Assembly (NCBI GenBank): GCA_040380025.1
Contig: JBEIJY010000001.1
Coordinates: forward strand, 1-64,000
DNA from: Bdellovibrionales bacterium
GTDB taxonomy: Bacteria > Bdellovibrionota > UBA1018 > CAIMNF01
Reading direction: 5' to 3'
Length of the DNA: 64,000 nucleotides
Part shown: positions 48,376 to 57,515 of the stretch, one piece after another
How positions within the stretch are numbered: the first letter of the stretch is position 1
Layout: each line of letters begins with the position of its first letter
Notes under the pieces: model-generated
The model's input: the letters and a program-made list of their open reading frames with translations, nothing else
What the model was told of the DNA's origin: nothing
Databases searched by the model: none
Made by a program: the position numbers and the translations under genes

Positions 48376-50133
48376 TCAACGAAGAAACGGATCCCACTGG
48401 ATCACGGCCGAGGATTGGGACGAAAACAAGTTCCCGTCCTCCCTCCAACCTCCTGCGACGAATTTGCGGTTTTTTGTCGTGTACCACATGACGTGATTGA
48501 ACTGGCACTCCTGAACTGCGGGGCAAAACACATCCGATTTCGAGAACGCAAGACCCTGGTAATACGGAGTGACTCCGGTTACGGAATTGCAGGCGGCAAA
48601 GCAACTTTGCGTAAGAGGCGCTTCGGAACCGATGCCCGTCCCCAGCGGATCAAAATACACCGATTTTTGATCGAAAAGAATGGTGGTCCCCGATGTCCGG
48701 GCAGGGGCCTTCGGTGTGTCGTTCAGAGCATCGTGCGTGTACGATGCGGCGAGATTGGGGGAAGTTGAGGGCTTTTCGGTCGGATGATTGAGACCGAGAT
48801 AGTGGCCGAGCTCATGCGCGATGGTACCCGCCATTTCGAGAAAATCATCGTTCTGGGAATTCCGCGGACAACTCGAGGTTACACAAGAGGGATTGAAATA
48901 CGTCAGGGAATCGAAGGTCGAGAAGGCAAGTCCGCTCGACGGAGTTCCGTTCAAGGGTGGCCCGAGAATCGCACCGGAGATTCCGAGGATCGTGAAGTTC
49001 GCCCCCGGGTACACGATATCGCTCACCAAAAACACATTGATCTTCCGCAACTGATCGGCAGAATCCACACCCTTCGAACCGGCGTCGAAAAGGTCCCCGA
49101 GGGCATCCAGCGACAGTTGGGAATAGCGACTCCCCCCGTCCGCATTCCACCACTCGTAAACATTCAGTTCATCGAGCCCGACATTCGCACCACTCTCGCT
49201 CTGAAACAGGCGATTCAGTTCCTTCAGCAGAAGGTCAAGGTTCCTCGCCCCGGCAGTGGTTCTCGAATCCTGGATGTTCTTGTCCCCCACCAGAATCAAA
49301 TTCAATCCGATCCCGCCATTCGATGCCTGTGAGTTCCTGGCCGCGGAGTCTTTTTTGATTACCGTGGTGACCTTGAGCCCCGCGGTGCGGCCGGCAACCG
49401 AGGCCCCGGAATCCGACACCAGAACGTAATTCGCATAATAGTGCCCCGAGACCAACCCTCCCGTGAACGGGCAATTCCACGAGTTCACCGAGGAATCACA
49501 ACGCGGGAACAGATTGGTCGAGACATAACCGGACGGAGGGAACTGATGCTGATCCCAATCCTCCCGCCCCCCGAACGCACTTCCCGCCTGCACTGTGCAG
49601 TTCGGATTTGCGGAACAGACTCCACTCGCATTGCAGGACCACATTCCCTGGGTCCGGCAACCGCCGGAAATCTTGACGTAGTCCACTGTCGTGCCATTCA
49701 CAACGAAGAATCCGGTCAAAACAGGGTACGCGCCGCCTTGCCACACATAGCCCGTGGTTTCGGCAACCAAGGTCATCGAGCCGTTCGGACCGAAATGGGT
49801 GGTTGCATCGAAATCTCCGAGGTCGACCGTGAACTCGGCTCCACCCGTAGCCTCGTATCCATTCGCAGCAAGACCGCCCCCCCATGGATCATGGAAGCGG
49901 ACCATGGGTTTTCCGGCCAGAATCTGTTCAGAGGAAGTGACCGTGACCGTGCCCTTGGAGACCGGAACTCCGATCGCGGCTCGGTCCGGCACATAACCTC
50001 CCGGCAAGAGACGCGCCGGAGCTAGCTCCGTACGGGCCACCAGGGGAGGTTCCTCTGATTTTTGAGAACAAGCGACAACCGAAACCAACACGCCCAGAAG
50101 AACCGGAATCTGCCTGCACAAGATGGACTTCAT
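48376..50133 (-). CDS. Cys-rich lipoprotein with a metzincin zinc-protease motif
   Basis: VVAC lipobox; AHELGHYLGLNH; NHVMWY as a candidate Met-turn. Confidence 0.8.
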   Translation of the reverse strand: MKSILCRQIPVLLGVLVSVVACSQKSEEPPLVARTELAPARLLPGGYVPDRAAIGVPVSKGTVTVTSSEQILAGKPMVRFHDPWGGGLAANGYEATGGAEFTVDLGDFDATTHFGPNGSMTLVAETTGYVWQGGAYPVLTGFFVVNGTTVDYVKISGGCRTQGMWSCNASGVCSANPNCTVQAGSAFGGREDWDQHQFPPSGYVSTNLFPRCDSSVNSWNCPFTGGLVSGHYYANYVLVSDSGASVAGRTAGLKVTTVIKKDSAARNSQASNGGIGLNLILVGDKNIQDSRTTAGARNLDLLLKELNRLFQSESGANVGLDELNVYEWWNADGGSRYSQLSLDALGDLFDAGSKGVDSADQLRKINVFLVSDIVYPGANFTILGISGAILGPPLNGTPSSGLAFSTFDSLTYFNPSCVTSSCPRNSQNDDFLEMAGTIAHELGHYLGLNHPTEKPSTSPNLAASYTHDALNDTPKAPARTSGTTILFDQKSVYFDPLGTGIGSEAPLTQSCFAACNSVTGVTPYYQGLAFSKSDVFCPAVQECQFNHVMWYTTKNRKFVAGGWREDGNLFSSQSSAVIQWDPFLR

Positions 50134-50295
50134 CTGTTCCGCTCCGTTGAGAGCCGTTCGAACCGAAAAGCCCTCCCCACCTCTTCAGGATACGCCTCAC
50201 GCAGAAAGTTGATCCATTCATTTTTTTCAATGCAAAACATTGACCAGGTGAATCCGGACACGCTCCTCGAATGCCGCACCATGGATCCCATCCCC

Positions 50296-51438
50296 CTAAG
50301 AGCACGCTTGATAAGGCATTCTCACGCCCGCCCATTGATTCAATTCCGCTTTGACCTCTCCGTTCCGGATCGTCACCAGAACGAACGTGCGGTGCATGGG
50401 CTCACCCAGATATTTCCAGTCCAGATGCACCATTTTCGTCCAGGTGCCGGAGTTCAGGTACTGCCGCCCATTCGCATAAACCCGGTGCATCGGAAGATGA
50501 GTGTGGCCCATGACCACCGTGTGCAGACGCGGATTCCGGACGAGCATCTCAAAGGCCTGATCCTCGAGATCCAAAAAGTACGATCGATCCTGGAACACGG
50601 TCTGCAAGGTGCGGCGGAATCCGAACAAGGTGGACGATCTGCCCATCACCCGGGTTTTCACGAAGTAATAAAAAGAAAGCATGATAAACCGGAGTGTGAA
50701 CACGGGATCAAAAATGAGTCCGAGGAGTGCGAATACTTTCACGGGCCGGATCTTGTCGAGATGTGCACGCTCCCACTTCATCCGGTTGATGATTTTCAGG
50801 ATATAAATGCTCCCCCACGGAATGTTCAGGATCGTTCTTCCGTCCCCGATTTTGAGGAAGGGATTCGAGAAATCAAGCTGGTTGCTCGCCTCGAATTGGT
50901 TGCCATGGCGGATTTCGAGTCCTTCTTCGAACTCAATCCGGTCGCGGTCCGCAATGACCTTGATTTTACTGCTGACCGGCTTCCCCTCCGGATCCCACTC
51001 ACGAACGATCCGCTCTCGCACCGCAGGGAAAAACAACTCCGCATCGTGGTTACCGACCAGGTAGGTGACGGTTTTGTTGGGTTTCGATGCGAACTTCCGG
51101 AGACCCGCCATGACTTTCGGGTGGGCAGCCATGGCAGCCTCAAGCTTGGCGAGGGCGATCTCCTCCGTGATGTCCTCGGGAAACTCCCCCCGGAAAGGCA
51201 CGTTCAGGAAATCAAAAAAATCCCCGTTCAAGATCAACTCGACACGGACCGGACCGAACGGCCCCTCTCCGTACGGTCCCGTCGAAAAATACTCGAAAAA
51301 CTCGACCATCTCCTGATCAAAAACGAAGTCCTCGTGGGGATTGAACCGCCCCTCGAAGAACCTTCCGGCCGAAAGATGGCAGTCGCTGATGATCAACTTG
51401 AAGTGCTCGTTCAAAACCGCCCCCCGCCCCCCGAACAT
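50296..51438 (-). CDS. Calcineurin-like metallophosphoesterase
   Basis: SDCH, NGDFFD, GNHD, HGN and GHTH motifs; TTG at 51414 is an alternative start. Confidence 0.9.
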   Translation of the reverse strand: MFGGRGAVLNEHFKLIISDCHLSAGRFFEGRFNPHEDFVFDQEMVEFFEYFSTGPYGEGPFGPVRVELILNGDFFDFLNVPFRGEFPEDITEEIALAKLEAAMAAHPKVMAGLRKFASKPNKTVTYLVGNHDAELFFPAVRERIVREWDPEGKPVSSKIKVIADRDRIEFEEGLEIRHGNQFEASNQLDFSNPFLKIGDGRTILNIPWGSIYILKIINRMKWERAHLDKIRPVKVFALLGLIFDPVFTLRFIMLSFYYFVKTRVMGRSSTLFGFRRTLQTVFQDRSYFLDLEDQAFEMLVRNPRLHTVVMGHTHLPMHRVYANGRQYLNSGTWTKMVHLDWKYLGEPMHRTFVLVTIRNGEVKAELNQWAGVRMPYQACS

Positions 51439-51466
51439 TGACTTACCTGAAGTTTCGCGATAGGAT
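51438..51466 (+). promoter_or_regulatory. Sigma70 promoter, 7 nt before the ferredoxin ATG (leaderless)
   Basis: TTGACT-17-TAGGAT-CCCCGCC-ATG. Confidence 0.7.
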
Positions 51467-51473
51467 CCCCGCC

Positions 51474-51707
51474 ATGGCAGATCCGAAAAAGAAGTGGGCA
51501 GACAACGCCAAAGGCAATTTTTACGTGGACGACCAGTGCATCGATTGCGACGCATGCCGTTCCGAGGCGCCTGACAACTTCACCCGCAACGACGAACACG
51601 GCTATTCGTACGTGTTCAAACAACCCGTCACTCCGGATGAAATCGCCCGTGCCCAAGCCGCTCTGGAAGCATGCCCGGTCGAAGCAATCGGCAAAGACGG
51701 CGCCTGA
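51474..51707 (+). CDS. Single-cluster ferredoxin
   Basis: CIDCDAC...CPVEAIG motif. Confidence 0.93.
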   Translation: MADPKKKWADNAKGNFYVDDQCIDCDACRSEAPDNFTRNDEHGYSYVFKQPVTPDEIARAQAALEACPVEAIGKDGA

Positions 51708-51720
51708 TCCGGATCCCGTT

Positions 51721-52452
51721 TCAGTACCCAAGACGTTTCAGATAGTCATTCACGGAATGGTCGGTCTTTGACAGCTCGTGGATCGTATGCGTTTCCACGC
51801 TTCGATGGTCGGCCTCTCTTGCACCCCTGTCCTCCCCGGCCCCCGCGGGATCATCCTTCCGCGGATGCAGGATTCCCATCATGCGTGCCCGGACCTCCGA
51901 GAACTCCTGTTCGAGCTTCTCCACGCGTGCGTCGGCATCCACTTTTCTTTGCGTCATCTCGGCAAGCTGGGCGCCCAAATTTTCCTGAATCCTCTTCTCC
52001 CGCGCCAGGGCCTCTTGATGCCGCTTCTCGAAAAGCGCCTCCTGTTCGGCAAGGATCGCGGCGTGGCGGCTCTCCTGCTGATCCCGGAGTCTTTCGAGAT
52101 TTCCGATTTCTTTTCTTTGCGCTTCGATCAGAAGATCTTTTTCCGCGCAACTGCCTCGCAGTTCCTCGAGCTCGAACTTCATCACCTGCAAGCGGTCGGT
52201 CAGACTCTCGACCTGCTCCTGATGGATCCTGCCTTGCCGTTCCACCTCACGCCTCGCGTCCTCGTGTTGCTGAAGCATGCGATTCCGGTCTTCCTCAATT
52301 TTCGCAATGTCGTACGAAAACGAGTCCAGACGGATCATCGCCTCGGTCTTCTGGTTCTGCCAATCCTCAAGGGTTCTGCGCGCCTCTGAAATCGAATCGA
52401 TCAGATCGTTCAGGCGTGCCGATGAGATGGTGGAATAAGATGCATCCTGCAT
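51721..52452 (-). CDS. Coiled-coil hypothetical protein
   Basis: Long E/R/Q/L heptad-rich region; GGGAG SD; ends YLKRLGY. Confidence 0.7.
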   Translation of the reverse strand: MQDASYSTISSARLNDLIDSISEARRTLEDWQNQKTEAMIRLDSFSYDIAKIEEDRNRMLQQHEDARREVERQGRIHQEQVESLTDRLQVMKFELEELRGSCAEKDLLIEAQRKEIGNLERLRDQQESRHAAILAEQEALFEKRHQEALAREKRIQENLGAQLAEMTQRKVDADARVEKLEQEFSEVRARMMGILHPRKDDPAGAGEDRGAREADHRSVETHTIHELSKTDHSVNDYLKRLGY

Positions 52453-52564
52453 AAGATTCTCCCTGTTCTCCATTGTGCGGAATTTTCGCGGGAATGGAAA
52501 GAAAAAGCGCGTTGTCAGGGCATTGACTCTATGACCGGGCCATTTTGAACGATATGATCGGGGA

Positions 52565-53128
52565 ATGATCCGCATCGCGGCTCTCTTTGCATTGTTTTGT
52601 TCCGGGACTGCGGATGCGGCCGATCTGATTCTTTCGGGCGGACTCGATTATTCCGCACCGAGCGACATCCGCAGCGGTGGAAACCAGCACTGGACGGGCG
52701 CGGCGGGAGGCGTTGCCGGACTGACCATCGACGCTCCCTTTTCAGAAATCCCTTTCAGCTTCGAGACGGGATTTTTTTTAAGAAACTCCCGGAGCGAACG
52801 GTCAGCAGAAGGATCCGTTACCACGAGCGAAGGATCCTGGACCGACATCCCGCTTCTCGTCCATTATCACTTCGATGAACACGTCAGCGTCGGGACCGGC
52901 GGATACTTCAGCTTTTTTCGCTCCGGAAACGCCGTCTCCGGCTCGGAGTCCCCCGATGCGGGAATGATCCTCGATCTTCGTGCCGTCTTGCGGGCCTTCG
53001 ACCCGCTCTCCCTCGTCGTCGATGCGCGCTATCTGCACGGGTTGAGCAATCTGTCCTCCACTCCGGGCGACACTTACAACTCCCGCTCCATCCAGATTTT
53101 GTTCGGCGTTTCGTATCCGCTGCTTTAG
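52565..53128 (+). CDS. Outer-membrane beta-barrel protein
   Basis: Signal peptide, alternating beta strands, C-terminal GVSYPLL. Confidence 0.75.
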   Translation: MIRIAALFALFCSGTADAADLILSGGLDYSAPSDIRSGGNQHWTGAAGGVAGLTIDAPFSEIPFSFETGFFLRNSRSERSAEGSVTTSEGSWTDIPLLVHYHFDEHVSVGTGGYFSFFRSGNAVSGSESPDAGMILDLRAVLRAFDPLSLVVDARYLHGLSNLSSTPGDTYNSRSIQILFGVSYPLL

Positions 53129-53134
53129 CGCGCT

Positions 53135-53800
53135 TCAGCGGAACTGCAGTTCCCGCCAATCCCGGATTACCATCAGAGCACCCGGATCCGGCTCTCCCGC
53201 GTGAGACTCATGGGCGATCTGGATCCACTGGAGCCCGGCCCTCCGAGCCGACTCCATGCCCGCGCTCGAATCCTCGAACACCAGCACATCGGCCGGATCA
53301 AACCCGTGCTCACTCAGGGCGGTAAGATAGGGTGCCGGATGCGGCTTACTCTCGGAATAATCCCCGAAGCCCCAGATCTGATCGAAGTGCGAGCGCAATC
53401 CGTGGGCAGAAAGGATCTCTTCCACCTCGTCGCGCTCTGACCCGGTGACAATCCCGAGAAATCGGGCTTTTTTTCGCGCGATCGGGAGAATCTCAGAAAC
53501 CCCCGGAATCAGCGGAACGCCGCCACCGCATCGCTTGCGATACCGATCCCGGAACTCGCGAAGCAGAACCTTCCGATCCCCGAGATCCACTCCCCGCGCC
53601 AGCGCCGCATCGCTCATCATGTCGACCGCAAGCTTCCAGGTTCTTCCGATGATCATGCGGGCGAAGGCATCTCCGTCAGGAAAGCCCCGCTCCCGGAAAA
53701 ATCCGCGAACGACCTCCCGAGCGAGAATCTCGGTTTCGACCAGTGTACCGTCGAAATCGAACAAAAGGACTTTTCCCTCAATCTTGAGTGTGTTCTGCAT
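53135..53800 (-). CDS. HAD-family phosphatase
   Basis: FDFDGTLVET, KPHP and FEDS motifs. Confidence 0.92.
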   Translation of the reverse strand: MQNTLKIEGKVLLFDFDGTLVETEILAREVVRGFFRERGFPDGDAFARMIIGRTWKLAVDMMSDAALARGVDLGDRKVLLREFRDRYRKRCGGGVPLIPGVSEILPIARKKARFLGIVTGSERDEVEEILSAHGLRSHFDQIWGFGDYSESKPHPAPYLTALSEHGFDPADVLVFEDSSAGMESARRAGLQWIQIAHESHAGEPDPGALMVIRDWRELQFR

Positions 53801-53899
53801 GGATTCGCATCCAGTGTGACAAATTCAGGCCTGTTTTACGAATTTTTTCTTGCCGAACTCGGTCCTGTTTTTTAAGACTGAATGAATAAGGAGGAATTT

Positions 53900-54259
53900 A
53901 TGGCTAAAAAAACTGCAAAAAAGAAGTATTCTTTCATCAACGAACTGTACGAAGGCGTGGTCGGAATCACGGAAGTGAGCAAATCCGGCGCGATCAAGAT
54001 CAAACGCTCGGACCTGAAAAACGTGATTGAAACCACCTTCACCCGCGGAGCGAAGCTCGCTGCGGGCGGAGAGCGGATCCGTTTTCCCGTGATCGGCGCA
54101 CTGGTCCGCCGTGAAGTGAAGCCCCGCAAAGCCGGAAAAGGCGTGAATCCTTTTACCGGTGAGACGATCGATGTGAAGGCCCGCCCGGCTTCGAAGAAGC
54201 CCCGCTGGTCCTTCCCGAAGTCCCTGAAAGACACGTTCGCGGACAAGAAGAACTGGTAA
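53900..54259 (+). CDS. Divergent HU/IHF-family DNA-binding protein
   Basis: GVNPFTGETI beta-arm motif; basic; strong AAGGAGG SD. Confidence 0.85.
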   Translation: MAKKTAKKKYSFINELYEGVVGITEVSKSGAIKIKRSDLKNVIETTFTRGAKLAAGGERIRFPVIGALVRREVKPRKAGKGVNPFTGETIDVKARPASKKPRWSFPKSLKDTFADKKNW

Positions 54260-54305
54260 AAGAACGGCATCCCGTTTTTGGACGGGATCAGGAAAAAAGT
54301 AAGGG

Positions 54306-54336
54306 AAAAGGAGCGGATTCCATCCGCTCCTTTTTT
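54306..54336 (+). terminator. Intrinsic terminator after the HU-like gene
   Basis: AAAAGGAGCGGAT-TCC-ATCCGCTCCTTTTTT. Confidence 0.88.
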
Positions 54337-54339
54337 CTT

Positions 54340-54368
54340 TTGCCGAGCGGAATCCAGGAGGGTAGGAT
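54340..54368 (+). promoter_or_regulatory. Sigma70 promoter, 8 nt before the FAH ATG
   Basis: TTGCCG-17-TAGGAT-TCCCGCAT-ATG. Confidence 0.6.
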
Positions 54369-54376
54369 TCCCGCAT

Positions 54377-55357
54377 ATGAAACTTGTCAGTCTCCATTCG
54401 GGCGACCGCTCCCTTCATGTGGGCGCCCTGATCGAAGGTTCCACCCCCGCCCAAAACCGGATTCTCGATTTTCACGTCCTCGAACCATGTGCGCGCCATG
54501 CGAACATGCTCGAGTTCATCGAGCAACAGGCCGAATCCCTTCCTTGGGCCGAGGCAATGATCAAAAAGGCCCAGGCCGGTCTTGTTCCGGCAAACGCGTT
54601 GATCCCCGAGGCCGACGCCCTTCTCGCCTCCCCCGTTCCCCATCCGGTTTCGTGCCGCGACGGATACGCGTTTCGGCAACACGTCGAAAGCGCCCGAAAA
54701 GGCCGTGGGCTTCCGATGATTCCGGAATTCGATGAGTTTCCCGTTTTTTATTTCACGAACCACCTGGCGATCACCGGCCCGGGCGAGATCTTCGTCATGG
54801 ACAAGGCGCTCGAGCGTCTCGACTTCGAACTCGAAGTCGCCATCGTGATCGGCAAGGAAGGGCGCAACATTCCCGCATCGAGAGCGGACGAGCACATCTT
54901 CGGCTACATGATCATGAACGACTGGTCGGCGCGCGAGCTCCAGACGCAAGAAATGAAGCTGAATCTCGGTCCCGCCAAGGGCAAGGATTTCGCGACGAGT
55001 CTCGGACCCTATCTGGTGACCCGGAACGAGCTCGAATCGCGCGTTCTGCGCGGTCCCGCAGGCGAGCAGCATGACCTGCGCATGAAAGCCTTCCACAACG
55101 GAAAGCAGGTTTCGGATGGAAACCTGAAGGACATGAACTGGACGTTCGCCCAGATCATCGAGCGCGCCTCTTACGGCGTGACCCTGCGCCCGGGCGAAGT
55201 GATCGGATCCGGAACCGTTGGGACCGGATGTTACATGGAACTGAATCTGACCACCCTGAAGGACAATCCGGTCTGGATCAAGCCCGGCGATTCCTTCACT
55301 CTGGAGGTCGAGCATCTGGGCCGCCTTGACAACGAAATCCGCAGGGAGACCTTGTGA
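54377..55357 (+). CDS. Fumarylacetoacetate hydrolase family protein
   Basis: LDFELEVA, NDWSARELQ, KGKDF and GSGTVG motifs; adjacent to maiA. Confidence 0.92.
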   Translation: MKLVSLHSGDRSLHVGALIEGSTPAQNRILDFHVLEPCARHANMLEFIEQQAESLPWAEAMIKKAQAGLVPANALIPEADALLASPVPHPVSCRDGYAFRQHVESARKGRGLPMIPEFDEFPVFYFTNHLAITGPGEIFVMDKALERLDFELEVAIVIGKEGRNIPASRADEHIFGYMIMNDWSARELQTQEMKLNLGPAKGKDFATSLGPYLVTRNELESRVLRGPAGEQHDLRMKAFHNGKQVSDGNLKDMNWTFAQIIERASYGVTLRPGEVIGSGTVGTGCYMELNLTTLKDNPVWIKPGDSFTLEVEHLGRLDNEIRRETL

Positions 55358-56022
55358 GCGGAAGGCCTCCGTACCGCCTGTTCCATTACTGGCGCTCGTC
55401 CAGCTCGTGGCGGGTGCGCCTGGCCCTCGACTGGAAGACGCTTCCGTATGAACCCGTTGCGGTGAATCTGCTGAACGGCGAATCCGAAAGTCCGGAGCAC
55501 CTGAAGCGAAGCCCCGCGGGATTCGTCCCGGTTCTTGAGATTCCTGGCGAAACCAGCCCCTATCTTTGTGAAAGCCTTGCGATCATCGAGTATCTCGAGT
55601 CCGTCCATCCGGATCGACGATCGTTGATTCCGGGCACGCCGATCGAACAGGCCCGAATCCGGGCTCTCGCCGAGATCATCAATGCGGGCACCCAGCCTGT
55701 GCAGAACATCCCCGTTCTGGAAAGACATTCCTCCGATCCCGCAGAACAAAAAGCCTGGGCGCGGGAATTCATCGCGCGCGGTCTCGCCGTATACGAAAAA
55801 ACCTGCGTCGCAACGGCCGGGAGATTCTCGGTCGGTGACCGTTTCACCCTCGCCGATGTCTGCCTGATTCCGCAAATCTACAATGCGGAACGATACCAGG
55901 TCGATCTCGCGGCGTTTCCGACGATCCTGCGGGTGCACGGGGAATGCACGAAGCTGGTCGAATTCCAGAGTTCCCATCCGGATCGTTTCGCGCCGGATTC
56001 CGCAGCTCCGGTGCTCCGATGA
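55354..56022 (+). CDS. maiA: Maleylacetoacetate isomerase (GST zeta)
   Basis: YWRSSSSWRVR, ESLAIIEYL and GTQPVQN motifs. Confidence 0.93.
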   Translation: MSGRPPYRLFHYWRSSSSWRVRLALDWKTLPYEPVAVNLLNGESESPEHLKRSPAGFVPVLEIPGETSPYLCESLAIIEYLESVHPDRRSLIPGTPIEQARIRALAEIINAGTQPVQNIPVLERHSSDPAEQKAWAREFIARGLAVYEKTCVATAGRFSVGDRFTLADVCLIPQIYNAERYQVDLAAFPTILRVHGECTKLVEFQSSHPDRFAPDSAAPVLR

Positions 56023-57515
56023 GGCTTGGTGCCTTGCTGTTCCTGCTCGGGGGTTTCCTTCTCGCCTCGGCGGCAAGCGCGGCCCCGTCCGCCGAACTCC
56101 GTTTTGCCGCAGATGCGAAATCCGGAGCACCCTATGTGTTCGTCGACCCGAAGGACCCGCAGAACCTCCTGGGGTTCGAATACGACATCATCACGAGAAT
56201 CGCGGAGATTCTCGGACGAAAACCCGTTTTCGTGCAAAACGAGTGGGATTCCCTGATTCCCGGCCTCGATCGCGGCGACTATGATGTCGCCATCAACGGA
56301 ATCGAAATCACGCCCGAGCGGAGCGAACAGGTCCTGTTCAGCAATCCGTACTATGCCACCTTCGAGCAACTCGTAGTCAGAAGCGATGATTCGCGCATCC
56401 GGAGCCTGAAAGACATGGATGGCGAACGGATCGGTACCCTGAAGGCCTCGCTGGCCCATGCGCTGCTCGAAAAAAATTCGCGGGCGGAAATCGTTTTTTA
56501 CGAGGAAGAGTCATCCGGATACCAGGATGTCGAGCGCGGACGGATCCGCGGTTTTTTCATCGATTATCCGATCGCGCTCTACTATGCGTTCCCGAATCCG
56601 AATCTGAAGGCGGTCGGAGATCCCGTCGGGAAAATGCGGTATGGAATCGCGGTTTCCAGAACCAATCCCGCACTCCGCGATGAGCTGGACCGTGCGCTCT
56701 CGCTGATGCTCAAAAACGGAGAGCTCGAGCGGATCCTCTCGAAATGGAACCTGATCCATCCGTTCGTGGTCACCGAGCTCGGCCTCCACGCCTCCCTCGA
56801 GAACGACACCACCGAGCACGGAAAGGTCGCCGCGATTGCAGGATCCGCACCGGGACTCCGGGAGCGCATGCAGCGGTACTGGAACCTGCTCCCCCTCCTG
56901 CTCAGGGGCGCGCTCACCTCCCTGCAAATCTCGATTCTCGCCATGGTCGTGGCCGTGGCCTTCGGTCTTCTGCTGTCGCTTTCCCGTCTTTACGGAAACA
57001 AACCCGCATCCCTTGCGGCGCAAACCACAATCGAAATTCTTCGCGGCACTCCGCTGCTGATCCAGCTTTACCTGATTTTCTTCGGTCTGCCCCACCTCGG
57101 AATCAAACTCGAACCCTTCTGGGCCGCCATTCTCGGTCTGGGCCTGAACTATGGCGCGTACGAGGCCGAGAACTATCGTGCCGGCATCGAATCGGTGCCA
57201 AGAAGCCAGATCGAGGCCGCGAACGCCCTGGCCTTGAGTTCCCGGCAACGGTTTGTCCATGTGATCTTCCCTCAGGCATGGCGCGTGATCCTCCCCCCCA
57301 TGACGAATGACTTCATCTCGCTGATCAAGGATTCCTCCCTTGTCTCGGTGATCACGATGGTGGAGCTCACCACGGTCTACTCCCAGCTCGCGTCGACCTA
57401 CTTCGATCACCTCGGACTCGGAATCGTGGTGGCGGTGCTGTACTTTGCCCTCGGGTATCCGTTCGTCCGGCTCGCCCGGAAACTCGAAACCAACCTGAAA
57501 AGAAAAATCCCATGA
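56019..57515 (+). CDS. Polar amino-acid ABC transporter, fused substrate-binding/permease protein
   Basis: SBP_bac_3-like N-terminus; RGTPLLIQL and LIKDSSLVS motifs. Confidence 0.92.
   Translation: MRLGALLFLLGGFLLASAASAAPSAELRFAADAKSGAPYVFVDPKDPQNLLGFEYDIITRIAEILGRKPVFVQNEWDSLIPGLDRGDYDVAINGIEITPERSEQVLFSNPYYATFEQLVVRSDDSRIRSLKDMDGERIGTLKASLAHALLEKNSRAEIVFYEEESSGYQDVERGRIRGFFIDYPIALYYAFPNPNLKAVGDPVGKMRYGIAVSRTNPALRDELDRALSLMLKNGELERILSKWNLIHPFVVTELGLHASLENDTTEHGKVAAIAGSAPGLRERMQRYWNLLPLLLRGALTSLQISILAMVVAVAFGLLLSLSRLYGNKPASLAAQTTIEILRGTPLLIQLYLIFFGLPHLGIKLEPFWAAILGLGLNYGAYEAENYRAGIESVPRSQIEAANALALSSRQRFVHVIFPQAWRVILPPMTNDFISLIKDSSLVSVITMVELTTVYSQLASTYFDHLGLGIVVAVLYFALGYPFVRLARKLETNLKRKIP

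Noticed and set aside
53825..55315. 496-aa minus-strand ORF
   Set aside because: Antisense to the HU-like and FAH genes and crosses a terminator; no protein-like motifs.
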